From contig CM120645.1 in NCBI GenBank assembly GCA_051362555.1, positions 14,632,001 to 14,696,000 on the forward strand: a DNA stretch of 64,000 bases, given 5' to 3'. The notes beneath the pieces were generated by a model. It did not search any database. It saw only the letters and a list, made by a program, of their open reading frames with translations, and was not told the origin of the DNA. Origin of the DNA: Lingula anatina. Its lineage: Eukaryota > Animalia > Brachiopoda. The position numbers and the translations under genes are program-made. Each line of letters begins with the position of its first letter. Position 1 is the stretch's first letter. Positions 1 to 10,980 of this stretch are shown one piece after another.

Positions 1-38
1 TTGCAGTATTGGAATCCTTAAGACCTAGGAGCTCTTCC

Positions 39-3000
39 CTAACTCATTTCCAGATATTTCATCTGATATACTGCCACTTGTTCGTACTCGCCCATGGCTC
101 GCAGTACACTACATATATTGTTGCAAAAGGTGACAATATTAGGGTGTTTGGGACCTAGCGACTTTTCCGTCAATTCCAGACATTTTTTATAATAGGCAAG
201 GGCCTCTTTGTATTCACCCAACTTTTCCAGAGCACAACCAATATTGTTGTAAGTATAGGCAGTATGAGGGTGTGTGGGACCAAGCAATTCTTCATTTACT
301 TCAAGGCATTTTTTGTAATAAGCAAGTGCCTCTTTGTACTCACTCATGTTTTTCAGTACACTACCAACATTGTTGTATATGACAGCAGTATCAGGGTGTA
401 TAGGACTGAACAGGCCTTCTGCCACTTCCAGGGCTTTTTTAAAATAGTTGAATGCCTCTTTGAACTCCCCCATGGTTTTTAATATGCTACCAATATTGTT
501 GTATGAAGCAACGGTACTAGGGTGTTTGGGACCTAGCACTTCTTCCTTAACCTTCTGACAAATTTTGCAATAGGAAAGTGCTTCTTTGTACTCACCCATA
601 GCTTGTAGTACACAACCGATATTATTGTATGAGGTAGCAGTATCAGGGTGTTTGGGACCTAGAATCTGTTCTCTTATCTCCATGCATTTTTTGTAATAGT
701 CAAGTGCCTCTTTGTACTTACCCATAGCTTTCAATGTACTACCAAAAGTGTTGTATGAGGAAGCAGTATCTAGGTGTTTTGTACTTAGAAGCTTTTCTCT
801 TACATCTAGGCCTTTTCTACAATATGTAAGTGCCTCATGGTACTCACCCATGGCTTGTAGTACACAACCGATATTATTGTATGAGGTAGCTGTATCGAGG
901 TTATTAGGACCTAGAAGGTCTTCCCTTACATCCAGGCATTTTTTGTGATAGACAAGTGACTGTTTGAAATCACCCATTGCTTGCAGCACAACACCTATAT
1001 AATTATATGAGGCAGCGGTATCAGTGTGTTTAGTACCAAGAGACTCTTCTCTCACACCCAAGCATTTTTTGTAAAAGAAAAGAGCCTCTTTATACTCTCC
1101 CATGGCCTTAAGTACAAGGCCAATATTGTTGTATGAGGAAAGAGTATCAGGGTGTTTGGGACCTACAAATTCTCGTACACTCAGGCATTTTTTGTGATAG
1201 ACAAGTGCCTCTTTGCACTCACCCAAGGTTTGAAGTACACAGGCAATAATATCATATGACGTAGCAATATCAGGATGTTTTGGCCCTAGCACCACTTCCC
1301 TTACTTCCAGGCATTTTTTGTGATAGACAAGTGCCTGTTTGAAATCACCCATTGCTTGCAGTACAACACCTACATAATTATATGAGGCAGCAGTATCAGT
1401 GTGTTTGGTGCCCAAAACCTCTTCTCTCACACCTAAGCATTTGTTGTAAAAGGAAAGAGCCTCTTCATACTCACCCGTGTCCTGTAGTACCCTGCCCATA
1501 TTGTTGTATGAGGAAGCAGTGTCAGAGTGTTTGGGACCTAAAAGTTCTTCCCGCACACTCAGGCATTTTCTGTGATAGGCAAGTGACTCTTTGTACTCAC
1601 CTATGGCTTGTAGTACAACACCAATATTGTTGTATAAAATAGCAGTATCAAGATGTTTGGGACCTGACAGCTCTTCCCTCACATCCAGTAATTTTTTGAG
1701 ATAGGCAAGTGCCTCTCTGTACTCACCCATTTCTTGTAGTATGAGACCAATATTTTTGTAGGAAGAGACAGTATCAGGGTGTTTGGGACCTAGAAGCTCT
1801 TCTCTTACCGCAACAGATTTTTTGTGGTAAGCAAGTGCCTCTTTGGACTCTCCCATGCGTTGAAGCACGAATCCCGTATTACTGTATGAAGAAGCAGTAT
1901 CAGGGTGTTTGGGGCTTAGAAGCTGTTCTCTTACAGCAACAGATTTTTTGTGGTAAGCAAGTGCCTCTTTGTACTCACCCATGACTTGCAGTACAACACC
2001 AATAGCGTTGTATGAAGAAGCAGTATCAGGGTGTTTGGGGCCTAGAATCTCTTCTCTTACAGCAACAGATTTTTTGTGGTAAGCAAGTGCCTCTTCGTAC
2101 TCACCCATGTATTGCAGCACGAATCCAACATTACTGTATGAAGAAGCAGTATCAGGGTGTTTGGGGCCTAGAAGCTCTTCTCTTACAGTAACAGATTTTT
2201 TGTGGTAAGCAAGTGCCTCTTTGTACTCACCCATGGCTTGCAGGACAACACCAATAGCGTTGTATGAAGAAGCAGTGTCAGGGTGTTTGGGGCCTAGAAG
2301 CTCTTCTCTTACAGCAACAGATTTTTTGTGGTAAGCAAGTGCCTCTTTATATTCACCCATGGCTTGCAAAACAACACCAATAACATCGTATGAAGAAGCA
2401 GTATCAGGGTGTTTGGGACCTAGAAGCTGTTCTCTTACAGCAGCAGATTTTTTGTGGTAAGCAAGTGCCTCTTTATACTCACCCATTGCTTTCAAAACAA
2501 CACCAATAACGTCGTATGAAGAAGCAATATCAGGGTGTTTGGGACCTGGAAGCTGTTCTCTTACAGCAACAGATTTTTTGTGATAAGCAAGTGCCTCTTT
2601 GTACTCACCCATGACATGCAGCACGGATCCAATATTGCTGTATGATAAAGCAGTTTCAAGGTGTTTGGGACCTAGCAGTTCTTCCCTGACACTAAGGCAT
2701 AATTTTAGATATTTTAGTGCCTCTTTGTACTTACCTGTGTATTGCAGTGCAGAACCTACATTGTTGTATGAGGTGGCAGTATCGAGGTGTTTGGCACCCA
2801 GCTGTTCTTCTCTGATGTTAACACATGTCTTGAGATATTTTACTGCCTCTTTGTACTCACCCATGTCTTGAAGTACGGATCCTATATAGTGGTACGAGGA
2901 AGCAGAAACAGGGTGTTTAGGACCAAGAAGTTCTTCTTTTACTGCCAGGCATTTTTTGTGATAAACTAGTGCTTCTTTGTATTCACCCATAGCTTGTAAC

Positions 3001-6000
3001 ACAACACCAATACTGATGTATAATAAGGCAGTTTCACGGTGTTTGGGGCCTAGAAGTTCTTCCCGCACACTCAGGCATTTTTTGTGATAGACAAGTGCCT
3101 CTTTGTACTCACCCATGGCTTGTAGTACAACACCAATATTGCTATATGAGGAAGCAGTTCTCGGGTGCTTGGGACCTAAGAGCGCTTCTCTGACATCTAG
3201 GCTTTTCTTAAAATAGACGAGTGCATTTTCGTACTCACCCATGTGTTGCAGTACACTTCCAATATTGTTGTATGAGGCATCAGTGTCAAGGTGTTTGGGA
3301 CCTAGAAGCTCTTCCCTCACATCCAGTGATTTTTTGTAAAAGGCAAATCCCTCTTTGTACTTTCCCATATCTTGCAATGTACTACCAATATCATTGTATG
3401 AGGCAGCAGTATCAGGGTGTTTGGGACCTAAAAGCTCTTCTCTCACATTCAGTGATTTCTTGTGAAAGGAATATGCCTCTATGTACTTACCCATGCGTTG
3501 CAATAAACTACCAATATTGTTGTATAATGTGGCAGTATCAAGATGTATGGGACCTAGCAGCTCTTCCCTCACATCCTGGCAAATTTTGAAATAGGCAAAA
3601 GCAGCTTTGTACTCACCCATCTTCTGCAGTATACTACCAATATTGTTGTATGAGGCAGCAGTATCAAGATTTTTGGGGCCAAAAAGCGCTTCTCTCACAT
3701 CCAGTGATTTTTTGTGAAAGGCAAATGCCTCTTTGTACTTACCCATGTGTTCCAATACACTACCAATATTGTTGTATGAAGCAGCAGTATCAGGATGTTT
3801 GGGACCTAACCGATCTTCCATCACATCCTGACACATTTTGTAATAAGCTAATGCCTCTTCATACTCACCCATGGCTTGAAGTACAAAACCTATATTGTTG
3901 TACGAGGAAGCAGTATCAATGTGTTTGGGACCTAGAAGCTCCTTCCTTACATCTAGAGTTTTTTTGAAATAAATAAGCGCCTCATTGTACTCACCCATAA
4001 TTTCGAGTATGGAACCAACGTTACTGTATGAAGTAGCAGAGTCTGGATGTTTGGGACCCAGCAGCTCTTCCCTAACACTTAGGCATATTTTCAGATATGT
4101 GAGTGCTTCATTGTAATCCCCAATTGATTTTAGTATAAAGCCAACATTATTGTATGAGGTTGCAGTATCAGGATGTTTGGTTCCCAGCAGATCTTTCCTC
4201 AATTCCAGTGATTTTTTGTAATAACCAAGTGCCTCTTTGTACTCACCCATGTATTGCAGTACAGCACCAATATTGTTGAAAGAGGTGGCGGTATCAGGAT
4301 GTTTAAAACCTAGCATTTCTTTTCTGATATTGAGGCAAACTTTGTGGTATGCTAGTGCTTCTTTGTACTCACCTATGTCTTGAAGTACAAAACCTACATT
4401 GTTGTATGCGGTAGCAGTAGTGGGGTGTTTGGGACCTAGCTGTTCTTCCCATGTTTCCTGGCATATTTTGAGATATTCAAGTGCTTTTTTGTACTCACCC
4501 ATGCCTTGCAGTAACAAACCAATGTTGTTGTGCAAAGAAGTAGTATCAGGGTGTTTGGGACCTAATAGCTCCTTCCTCACATCTAGGGATTTTTTGTAAT
4601 ATGCAAGTGCCTCTTTGTACTCACCCATAGTTTTTAGTACAAAGCCAACATTATTGTACGAGGTACCAGTATCAGGATGTTTTGAACCCAGTTGCTCTTC
4701 CCTCACATCCAGGGCTTTTTTGTGATAGGCAAGTGCCTCTTTATACTCACCCATACATTGCAGTACAGCACCAATATTGTTGTATGAGGCAGCAGTATCA
4801 GGATGTTTGGGACCTAACAGCTCTTCCCAGATTTTCAGGGATTTTTTTAAATATGTTAGTGCTTCTTTGTACTCACCCATGTCCTGAAGTACAAAACCTA
4901 TATTGTTGTATGAGGAAGCAGTTTCAGGGTGTTTGGGACCTAAAAGTTCTTCAAGCACATTCAGGCATTTTTTATGACAGATAAGTGCCTCATTGTACTC
5001 ACCCAAGGCTCGTAGCACATCACCTATGTTGTTGTATGAGGAAGCAGTTACAGAGTGTCTCGGCCCTAGAAGTTCTTCCCTCACATTCAGTGCTTTTTTG
5101 TGATAGGCAAGTGCCTCTTTGTACTCACCCATGCACTTCAGTACACAACCAATATTGTTGTATAAGGTAGCGGTATCAAGATGTTTGGGATCTAACGGCT
5201 CTTCTGTCACATCCTGACAGATTTTGTAACAGGCGAGTGCTTCTTTGTACTCACCCATGTCTTGCAGTACTAAACCTAAACTGTTGTATGAGGAAACGGT
5301 GTCAGGGTGTTTGGAACCTAGAAGCTTTTCTCTCACATTGCAGCTTTTTCTGTGATAAGAAAGTGCCTTTTTGTACTCACCCATTTTTTGCAGCACATAA
5401 CCTAATTTGTTGTTTACCTTTTCTACGTCAAGCTGATTGTACTCAGAATAATTTTGCATTCCATCTACTACTGTCTGATAAATTGATAAAGCTTTCTGAT
5501 TAAGAAAAAGATTATGGAACACCTCTGCGATGAGTTGCAAATTAATGAATGCCTCTTTTCTCTGTTGTATCTCAAATGAGCACATATTTGATTTGAGCAA
5601 ACTGGCGGTCTTATCTAGATGGGGTGACATGTTCGCCAAACATTCTAATTCAGCAGGACTGCTTTGGTAAACATTGTATAACTGTTTGAGACGACCCATG
5701 AAATAATCACAGTATCTCTCTTGTGTATGAGAGATTTCATTGCTTGTATTTGCATGAGATTCTGCATAGTCTCTTAGCAAAGGATGTAGATCATAGGTAT
5801 TTTCACTGGAGTTCAAGAGGGATTTAATGGTAAGACTGTCAAGGACAGATTCACATTCATCTTCATCTATTTCCAAAATTTCAGAAACCTCAATTGAAGT
5901 AAATGCAACGGGGAAAATATGCAATCCTCTTAACACCTTTTGCTGTGAGGGTTCCAGTGTTTCATAAGACATATCTAGGCAGGTAACCATATCTTGGGAC

Positions 6001-7930
6001 GCTGGAATGTTAGGTAACTGAAGAGTGCTGAGGACCTTTTTATGTTTCATTTTCCCTGAAACTTTTTCTATAGTTTGGACTTTAATCTGGGCAGCAAGCA
6101 GTCTCAATGCAAGGGGGTTATGGCCACAACTGTCTGCTATTTCAGCTAAAACATCTGACTCACTATCTGAAGGGTTGGTTTTTCCCCAAAGAACTTTTAG
6201 TGAAGATATTTTATCGAGCGGAGGAATGTCTATAGTAACTGTCCTGTGTGTTAGAATACTAAAGGATTCACGACTGGTGCATAACAGTGTGATATACTTT
6301 GATGAATCCATTAGATCTTGCAGCAACTGCAGAAAGTCTTGCTTTTGTGAGTGCAAAATACTGTCATTATTGTCAAAGATAAAGAGAGTGTCTGTATTCA
6401 AACTAGACATAGTTTGTATGAATTTGTTTTGATAATCTTTGTACATATCATTTAAAGTAATCGCTGGCTGGTAGTGATGTACAAGTGACAATTTGACAGA
6501 TTCAAGATTTACAACTTTTCTCATGTCAAAGTACAAGACATCTTTTCTGTGGTGTCCAACCTCAATAGCTGTACTTGTTTTACCTATACCACCCATCCCT
6601 GTCAGCAAAATGAGTTGGGTGTCATCTGAAACATGCCCCAGTATTTTCTGCACCAAATCTTCGCGTCCCTTCAACTGTAGATTTCTACTTGGAAGATTCG
6701 GACAAATGAGGTCACAAGGTGCTTCTGAAATAAAATTGGAATGTAATAGTATTGTAATGTGAAAAAAAAACATAAACTCACTTTTATGACGTAAAATGTT
6801 ACTCACTTTTATGACGTAAAATGTTACTTGAAGGATGGATTTCACACTAATGCATACACACACAAGTTCGTGATTATTATTATTTACCTAATCAACAATG
6901 AATTTTTTCAACAAGATAGCAAAACAAGAACATACTTTTTACACTGACTAGATATGACATTGCCTGTTGTGTAAAAATGGTGGCAAAATGACTAGAAAAA
7001 TATTAAAAGAACTCCAGCTCTCTCTCACAGGCTTTATAATAATAAATTATGGAAGTTTTAGCTCATATATTGCACAACAGTCAAAATCGATGGTCTTTTT
7101 TTCGCAATTGTAATAAATCCTTCAGAAAATTGATGGGTCCAAAGGATGGTAAATGTAATCATCACTGCCATTATTTAAAGACTTTGAGGAAAGCCTTTTT
7201 CCGACGAATCATAAAATTTGCATTATAAACTACCAATAGTATTTTTAGTGACAAACAAATAGACATGAACATATAACATGTTCACTTATTTGTCTCATTA
7301 ATATTATATTTAATGCCACTAGCATTGTGAGCACAGCTTTTTATGTGCATAATAGTACGCCCTACCTGCTGCACGTAATTGATCAGTCAGCAACTTGTCG
7401 TAGTCGTCACTGGTGTAGAGTGGAGACAGAGACAACAAAAGAGATTTTAATTCAGCAAACTTGGTCTGGAATGTTGTATCTGAGAGACCGGCACCCCCAT
7501 GTGCGAATTCGTTGCGGAATTTCTTCACTCTGCCTATCTGGGCTTCCACGGACGTGTCAGTTACTGGTGGATTCTCCCAGTTGGCTTTCGGGTTCAGTGT
7601 TGTGATGTTTCTCAACAAGACAACAGTAAGAGTTAAATCTAAGTCCTTTAATGTCACAGTTGTGGAGGGATTCCCAGAGGGGTACAGAAGCTTCATTTGA
7701 CTGGAATTCAAAACATTTCGTTTTTTCAATTGCAGCAAAGTATGGTTTGCTCTTTGGTCGCCAAGTACATCAAACAGCTTGCCGCCATTTGTAGGATCAA
7801 ATATGCCAGTATAAGTTGTTTGTAACTGTGTACTGAGAATATCTTGAAGCACATCGTTAGACCGATGTATCAGTAGCCTCATTCGAATTTCATTTTCTCT
7901 CTCGTTTCGTGGTGTTGCAGCAGCTGCCAT
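39..7930 (-). CDS. HEPN(DZIP3-like)-NB-ARC-TPR STAND/NLR-like protein, ~2416 aa; coding exons 7930-7366 and 6724-39
   Basis: Exon 1 encodes DLDLTLTVVLLRNI...W..PP..D.S..A.I.R.K.FRNEFAH (HEPN R-X4-H). Donor G|GTAGGG at 7365 and acceptor TTTCAG| at 6725 are both phase 1, giving an in-frame join (...QLRAA-E-APCDL...). Exon 2 has Walker A GMGGIGKT (~6576-6599), Walker B LFIFDN, TSR sensor, GHNPLAL and LHPLLR motifs, then TPRs. The ORF-track start at 6863 is intronic. Confidence 0.9.
45..5420 (-). repeat. Coding tandem array of ~43 x 126-bp (42-aa) TPR repeats
   Basis: Counted 43 recurrences of the [M/L/I]G[E/K/D]Y-K-EAL-like motif with consensus LGPKHPDTASSYNNIG; 126-bp periodicity is visible in the DNA. 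Confidence 0.95.
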
Positions 7931-7978
7931 TTTGTCCTAGATCTGGAATGTAAGAGATCAATGGATATAGGAAACACA

Positions 7979-8177
7979 CCACACGAAAATGTAGAAGTAT
8001 CGAAGTAGCATAAGAGCATTAATGCAGCAGTGGTGTGGAGCATGTATGTAGTAGAGATGCAGTATTACTGCACTTCTATGGCCAATAATCGCATAAGTTT
8101 TTGCAGAGGAGAGCTTTAATGCAGTAGATAGCAGCATGATAGGTGCATGTTTCAAATATGGTAATTAGCTTCCAAAT
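7979..8177 (+). mobile_element. Truncated, diverged copy of the CCCGCACGAAAA MITE family (see 45569-45852)
   Basis: Aligns by eye to the left two-thirds of the 45569 element. Confidence 0.75.
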
Positions 8178-8584
8178 ATACTACGATGAGGTAGTGAAAA
8201 AGTTCGTTTTATTCATACGGTCTATACATCAAGAAAAAGACGGATAGAAGTTTGTTTTATCGTTTATTAATTGGAACATTTTCATACAAAATTTCAGTGT
8301 TTTCTCAAAAATGTATTTCCTCATGACAAATACTGAATCCACTCGTCCTCAAATGAAATCTAATCTGGGGTCCTAAAAACAAATAAGACAACATAAGTTC
8401 CAGTGCATTTGTTTTTCTAGAAACAGCAACCATGATATTTCAACAGCAATCATGATATTTCAAAGCGCCTTTTACAACAATGACTTGTCTTAAGTGTTAA
8501 AAAATACTTTGATGGGTGAAGGCTGAATACCTAAAAACACACCTGTCGTTCTCCCATGACGAATACAGCGTCCATACGTCCTCA

Positions 8585-8727
8585 CAGGCCCGTAGCCAGG
8601 GGGATTGGAAAGAACCGCCCCTTTTGCTGGGAAAAGGTCCACTCTGGGCAAAGTTTGATCTTATGGAAAAAGGTCCACTTTTTCAGAAAAAAGAACCCCC
8701 CTTTTGAAATTGCTGGCTACAGGCCTG
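8585..8727. mobile_element. Short hAT-like MITE
   Basis: Terminal inverted repeats CAGGCCCGTAGCCAG ... CTGGCTACAGGCCTG. Any 8-bp TSD is degenerate. It sits in one copy of a local duplication whose other copy (~8320-8390) lacks it. Confidence 0.7.
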
Positions 8728-10559
8728 CCTCGTCTGAGGTTTCAAGTGGACTCCTAAAATTCAAATAAAAACAATTAATATCACAGTTTCAGTACACTTG
8801 ATCGCTTATTGGAAAGTCTAAAACTCTAATACCCCCCCCCCCCCCAAAAAAAAGGTATTATTTAAATTCAATATATTCTATCGAGACACAAAATATAAAC
8901 ACATTTGATAAAACAGACATTTATATTTACAGTTACTTTGTGTTCTTTTTCATGAATTGAAAATTTTACCATTGTATTTACAAATGTATATCAACATACT
9001 TCCATAACCTTCAAGGATCTCTGCTCGAGACAGTTTTCTTGTTTAGACATAAAAAATTTAATTTAAAGTTTGCCTGGGAGTAGGTTTTAGTAAAGAATGA
9101 CCGGTGAGCCAAAAATACGTAGGCCTACAATCAATAAAAATTCATGCCATGGATTCTTATCATGTATTAAGCTTAAGTTATATGTTTATACTTATTTAAA
9201 TTCCATTCTCGCTTCAGTGATTGCCTGCAAGACCCCTACATCTCCATCGTTCGATAAAAACTGAAAAAAAGACAACTACAAGTAATATTATGATTGTCTG
9301 TTACGTTCATTCAAGAGCGGGTTAGCTATAGGAATAGCAGTTTGAATGAACGCAATACTGCCAATAAAAAGGTTACGTTTTTCAACCGCATATACGTCTA
9401 ATGTGTTACTCAAAAAGTCTTACGATGCAGTCGCCATGTTGTTCACGGCGGTTTGGGTTCCGAATCAAGTGACAAAACCATTTGAACCGTAGCCCGATAT
9501 CAATTTTATCTCCAATCGTAAATGATAATAAAGACAATTTAATTGTTATGTGCATTCGAGGGTGGACGTTGTTTTAAATAAATGAAGTATTTACCACTTA
9601 AACCCCCTAAGTGCCATTTTTTAAGGGTGGGGCCTTCAGAGGATCTTCACATTGCACAATCTAGCCTTCCATCTTTCATGCCACTCGGTCTTTTTTCTGT
9701 TGTACAGCTAAAACAGAAAGTCCCTTGACACTAGACCACGGTTACGGCCTCACTGTAATACCTAGAACCCCATCTGTTCACAAGTATAGGGCGAGCATGG
9801 CCGGTGAGCGTAGCCATTTGGACCCCTGCAGCCCAAAGATGTGTTGGCAAACTTCGCGTAGGCAGGTCGATCAGCAAATCTCTGCATTCGTGCAGTTCCC
9901 TGTAGTATTGCTTCCATAATAATCCACACGGATCTGCCTTTTGTTTTGGGGCGGCACGTGTCCTTTCGTAGGAAAGTCGCATTTTAGAGACCTTTTATGA
10001 ACGATTTTGCTTGCTTACTATTCAATTACTGATTTTACTTTTTATGTACAGACACATATCCGATTCAATCATTCACTATGTTCAGAATCTCAGAATGGGG
10101 CAAATTGGACATTTAAAATTGTTCTATTGATATTTTTTCTACCTTGTATGTCTACAATTTTCTTAGTTGATAATATAAAAGTGACAGTAAACTGGTTCTT
10201 TTGTTTTATTTAAAATGTGTTGAAAATGGAAAACTTATTTCAGTACAGTTATATACAGTTATTACTCTTGTTTACATTTTGTCAATAGCAAGGTGTGACT
10301 CTGAACTTCCATTGGCTTGAATACTTTTATTAGTCACATGTTCTGAATATCCATGATACTTTTATTTTCTTATTAAAATTGATGATCATTATGCTGCTAT
10401 AAATGATGTAATAGGAACATATGGATAAAGCACTAATTTTCTCTTACTGAACTACATACATTGGTCCATTTAGTGGTTTCTGCCCTTCCGTAACGCATGC
10501 TACTTCGAAACTGCTGCGCTCAGAATAGAAATGAGGTAATGTACTACTGCGGTGAAGCA

Positions 10560-10724
10560 CTATGCCTAATTTCTGCTAAGATTTTGTGAAACATTGTTGC
10601 AGTAGAATGCTACATATGGGGAGTGTGTACTTCATACCTTAAATCGGAGCAGATTTGAAGTATGGTTTCAGTGTGGGTGCAGTAGTTCTACTGCGGTGGA
10701 GTATCTACTATGTTTTCGTGCGGG
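10560..10724 (+). mobile_element. Diverged right part of the same MITE family
   Basis: Ends in GAGTATCTACTATGTTTTCGTGCGGG, matching the 45852 terminus. Confidence 0.65.
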
Positions 10725-10874
10725 CAAAGAGAAGAGGTGAAACAAGATCGATAGATCAGTATGTGTATTTTAGTCTATGTGGGTACATTTTGCAGCTACA
10801 GTTTAAGCAAATTTTTGTCTACACTGTATATCAGCTTATATCATATTATAAAACTTAAGAAGTAACCATGTTAA

Positions 10875-10980
10875 ACTCACCGTGGGTGGTTAAAAAGATT
10901 TGATGATATCGGCTGCGGTACGGCCCTTTGTCAACTATGGTGGAGCTGGTCATGTGACATACGGGTACTAAAAGTGAAAT
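10875..10980 (-). promoter_or_regulatory. Putative 5'UTR exon donor and promoter of the HEPN-NLR gene, with IRF-element-like and E/M-box motifs
   Basis: The ATG exon starts at an acceptor (CATTCCAG| at 7943), so an upstream exon is implied. Strong minus-strand donor ACG|GTGAGT at 10880; AAAAGTGAAAT at 10970-10980; GTCATGTGAC at 10949-10958. Confidence 0.4.

Noticed and set aside
264-6762. Many plus-strand ORFs over the TPR gene
   Set aside because: They are antisense shadows of the repetitive coding sequence.
6725-6863. N-terminal 46 aa of the 2274-aa ORF
   Set aside because: Intronic read-through upstream of the splice acceptor; it starts at a non-ATG codon and includes a 25-bp tandem repeat.
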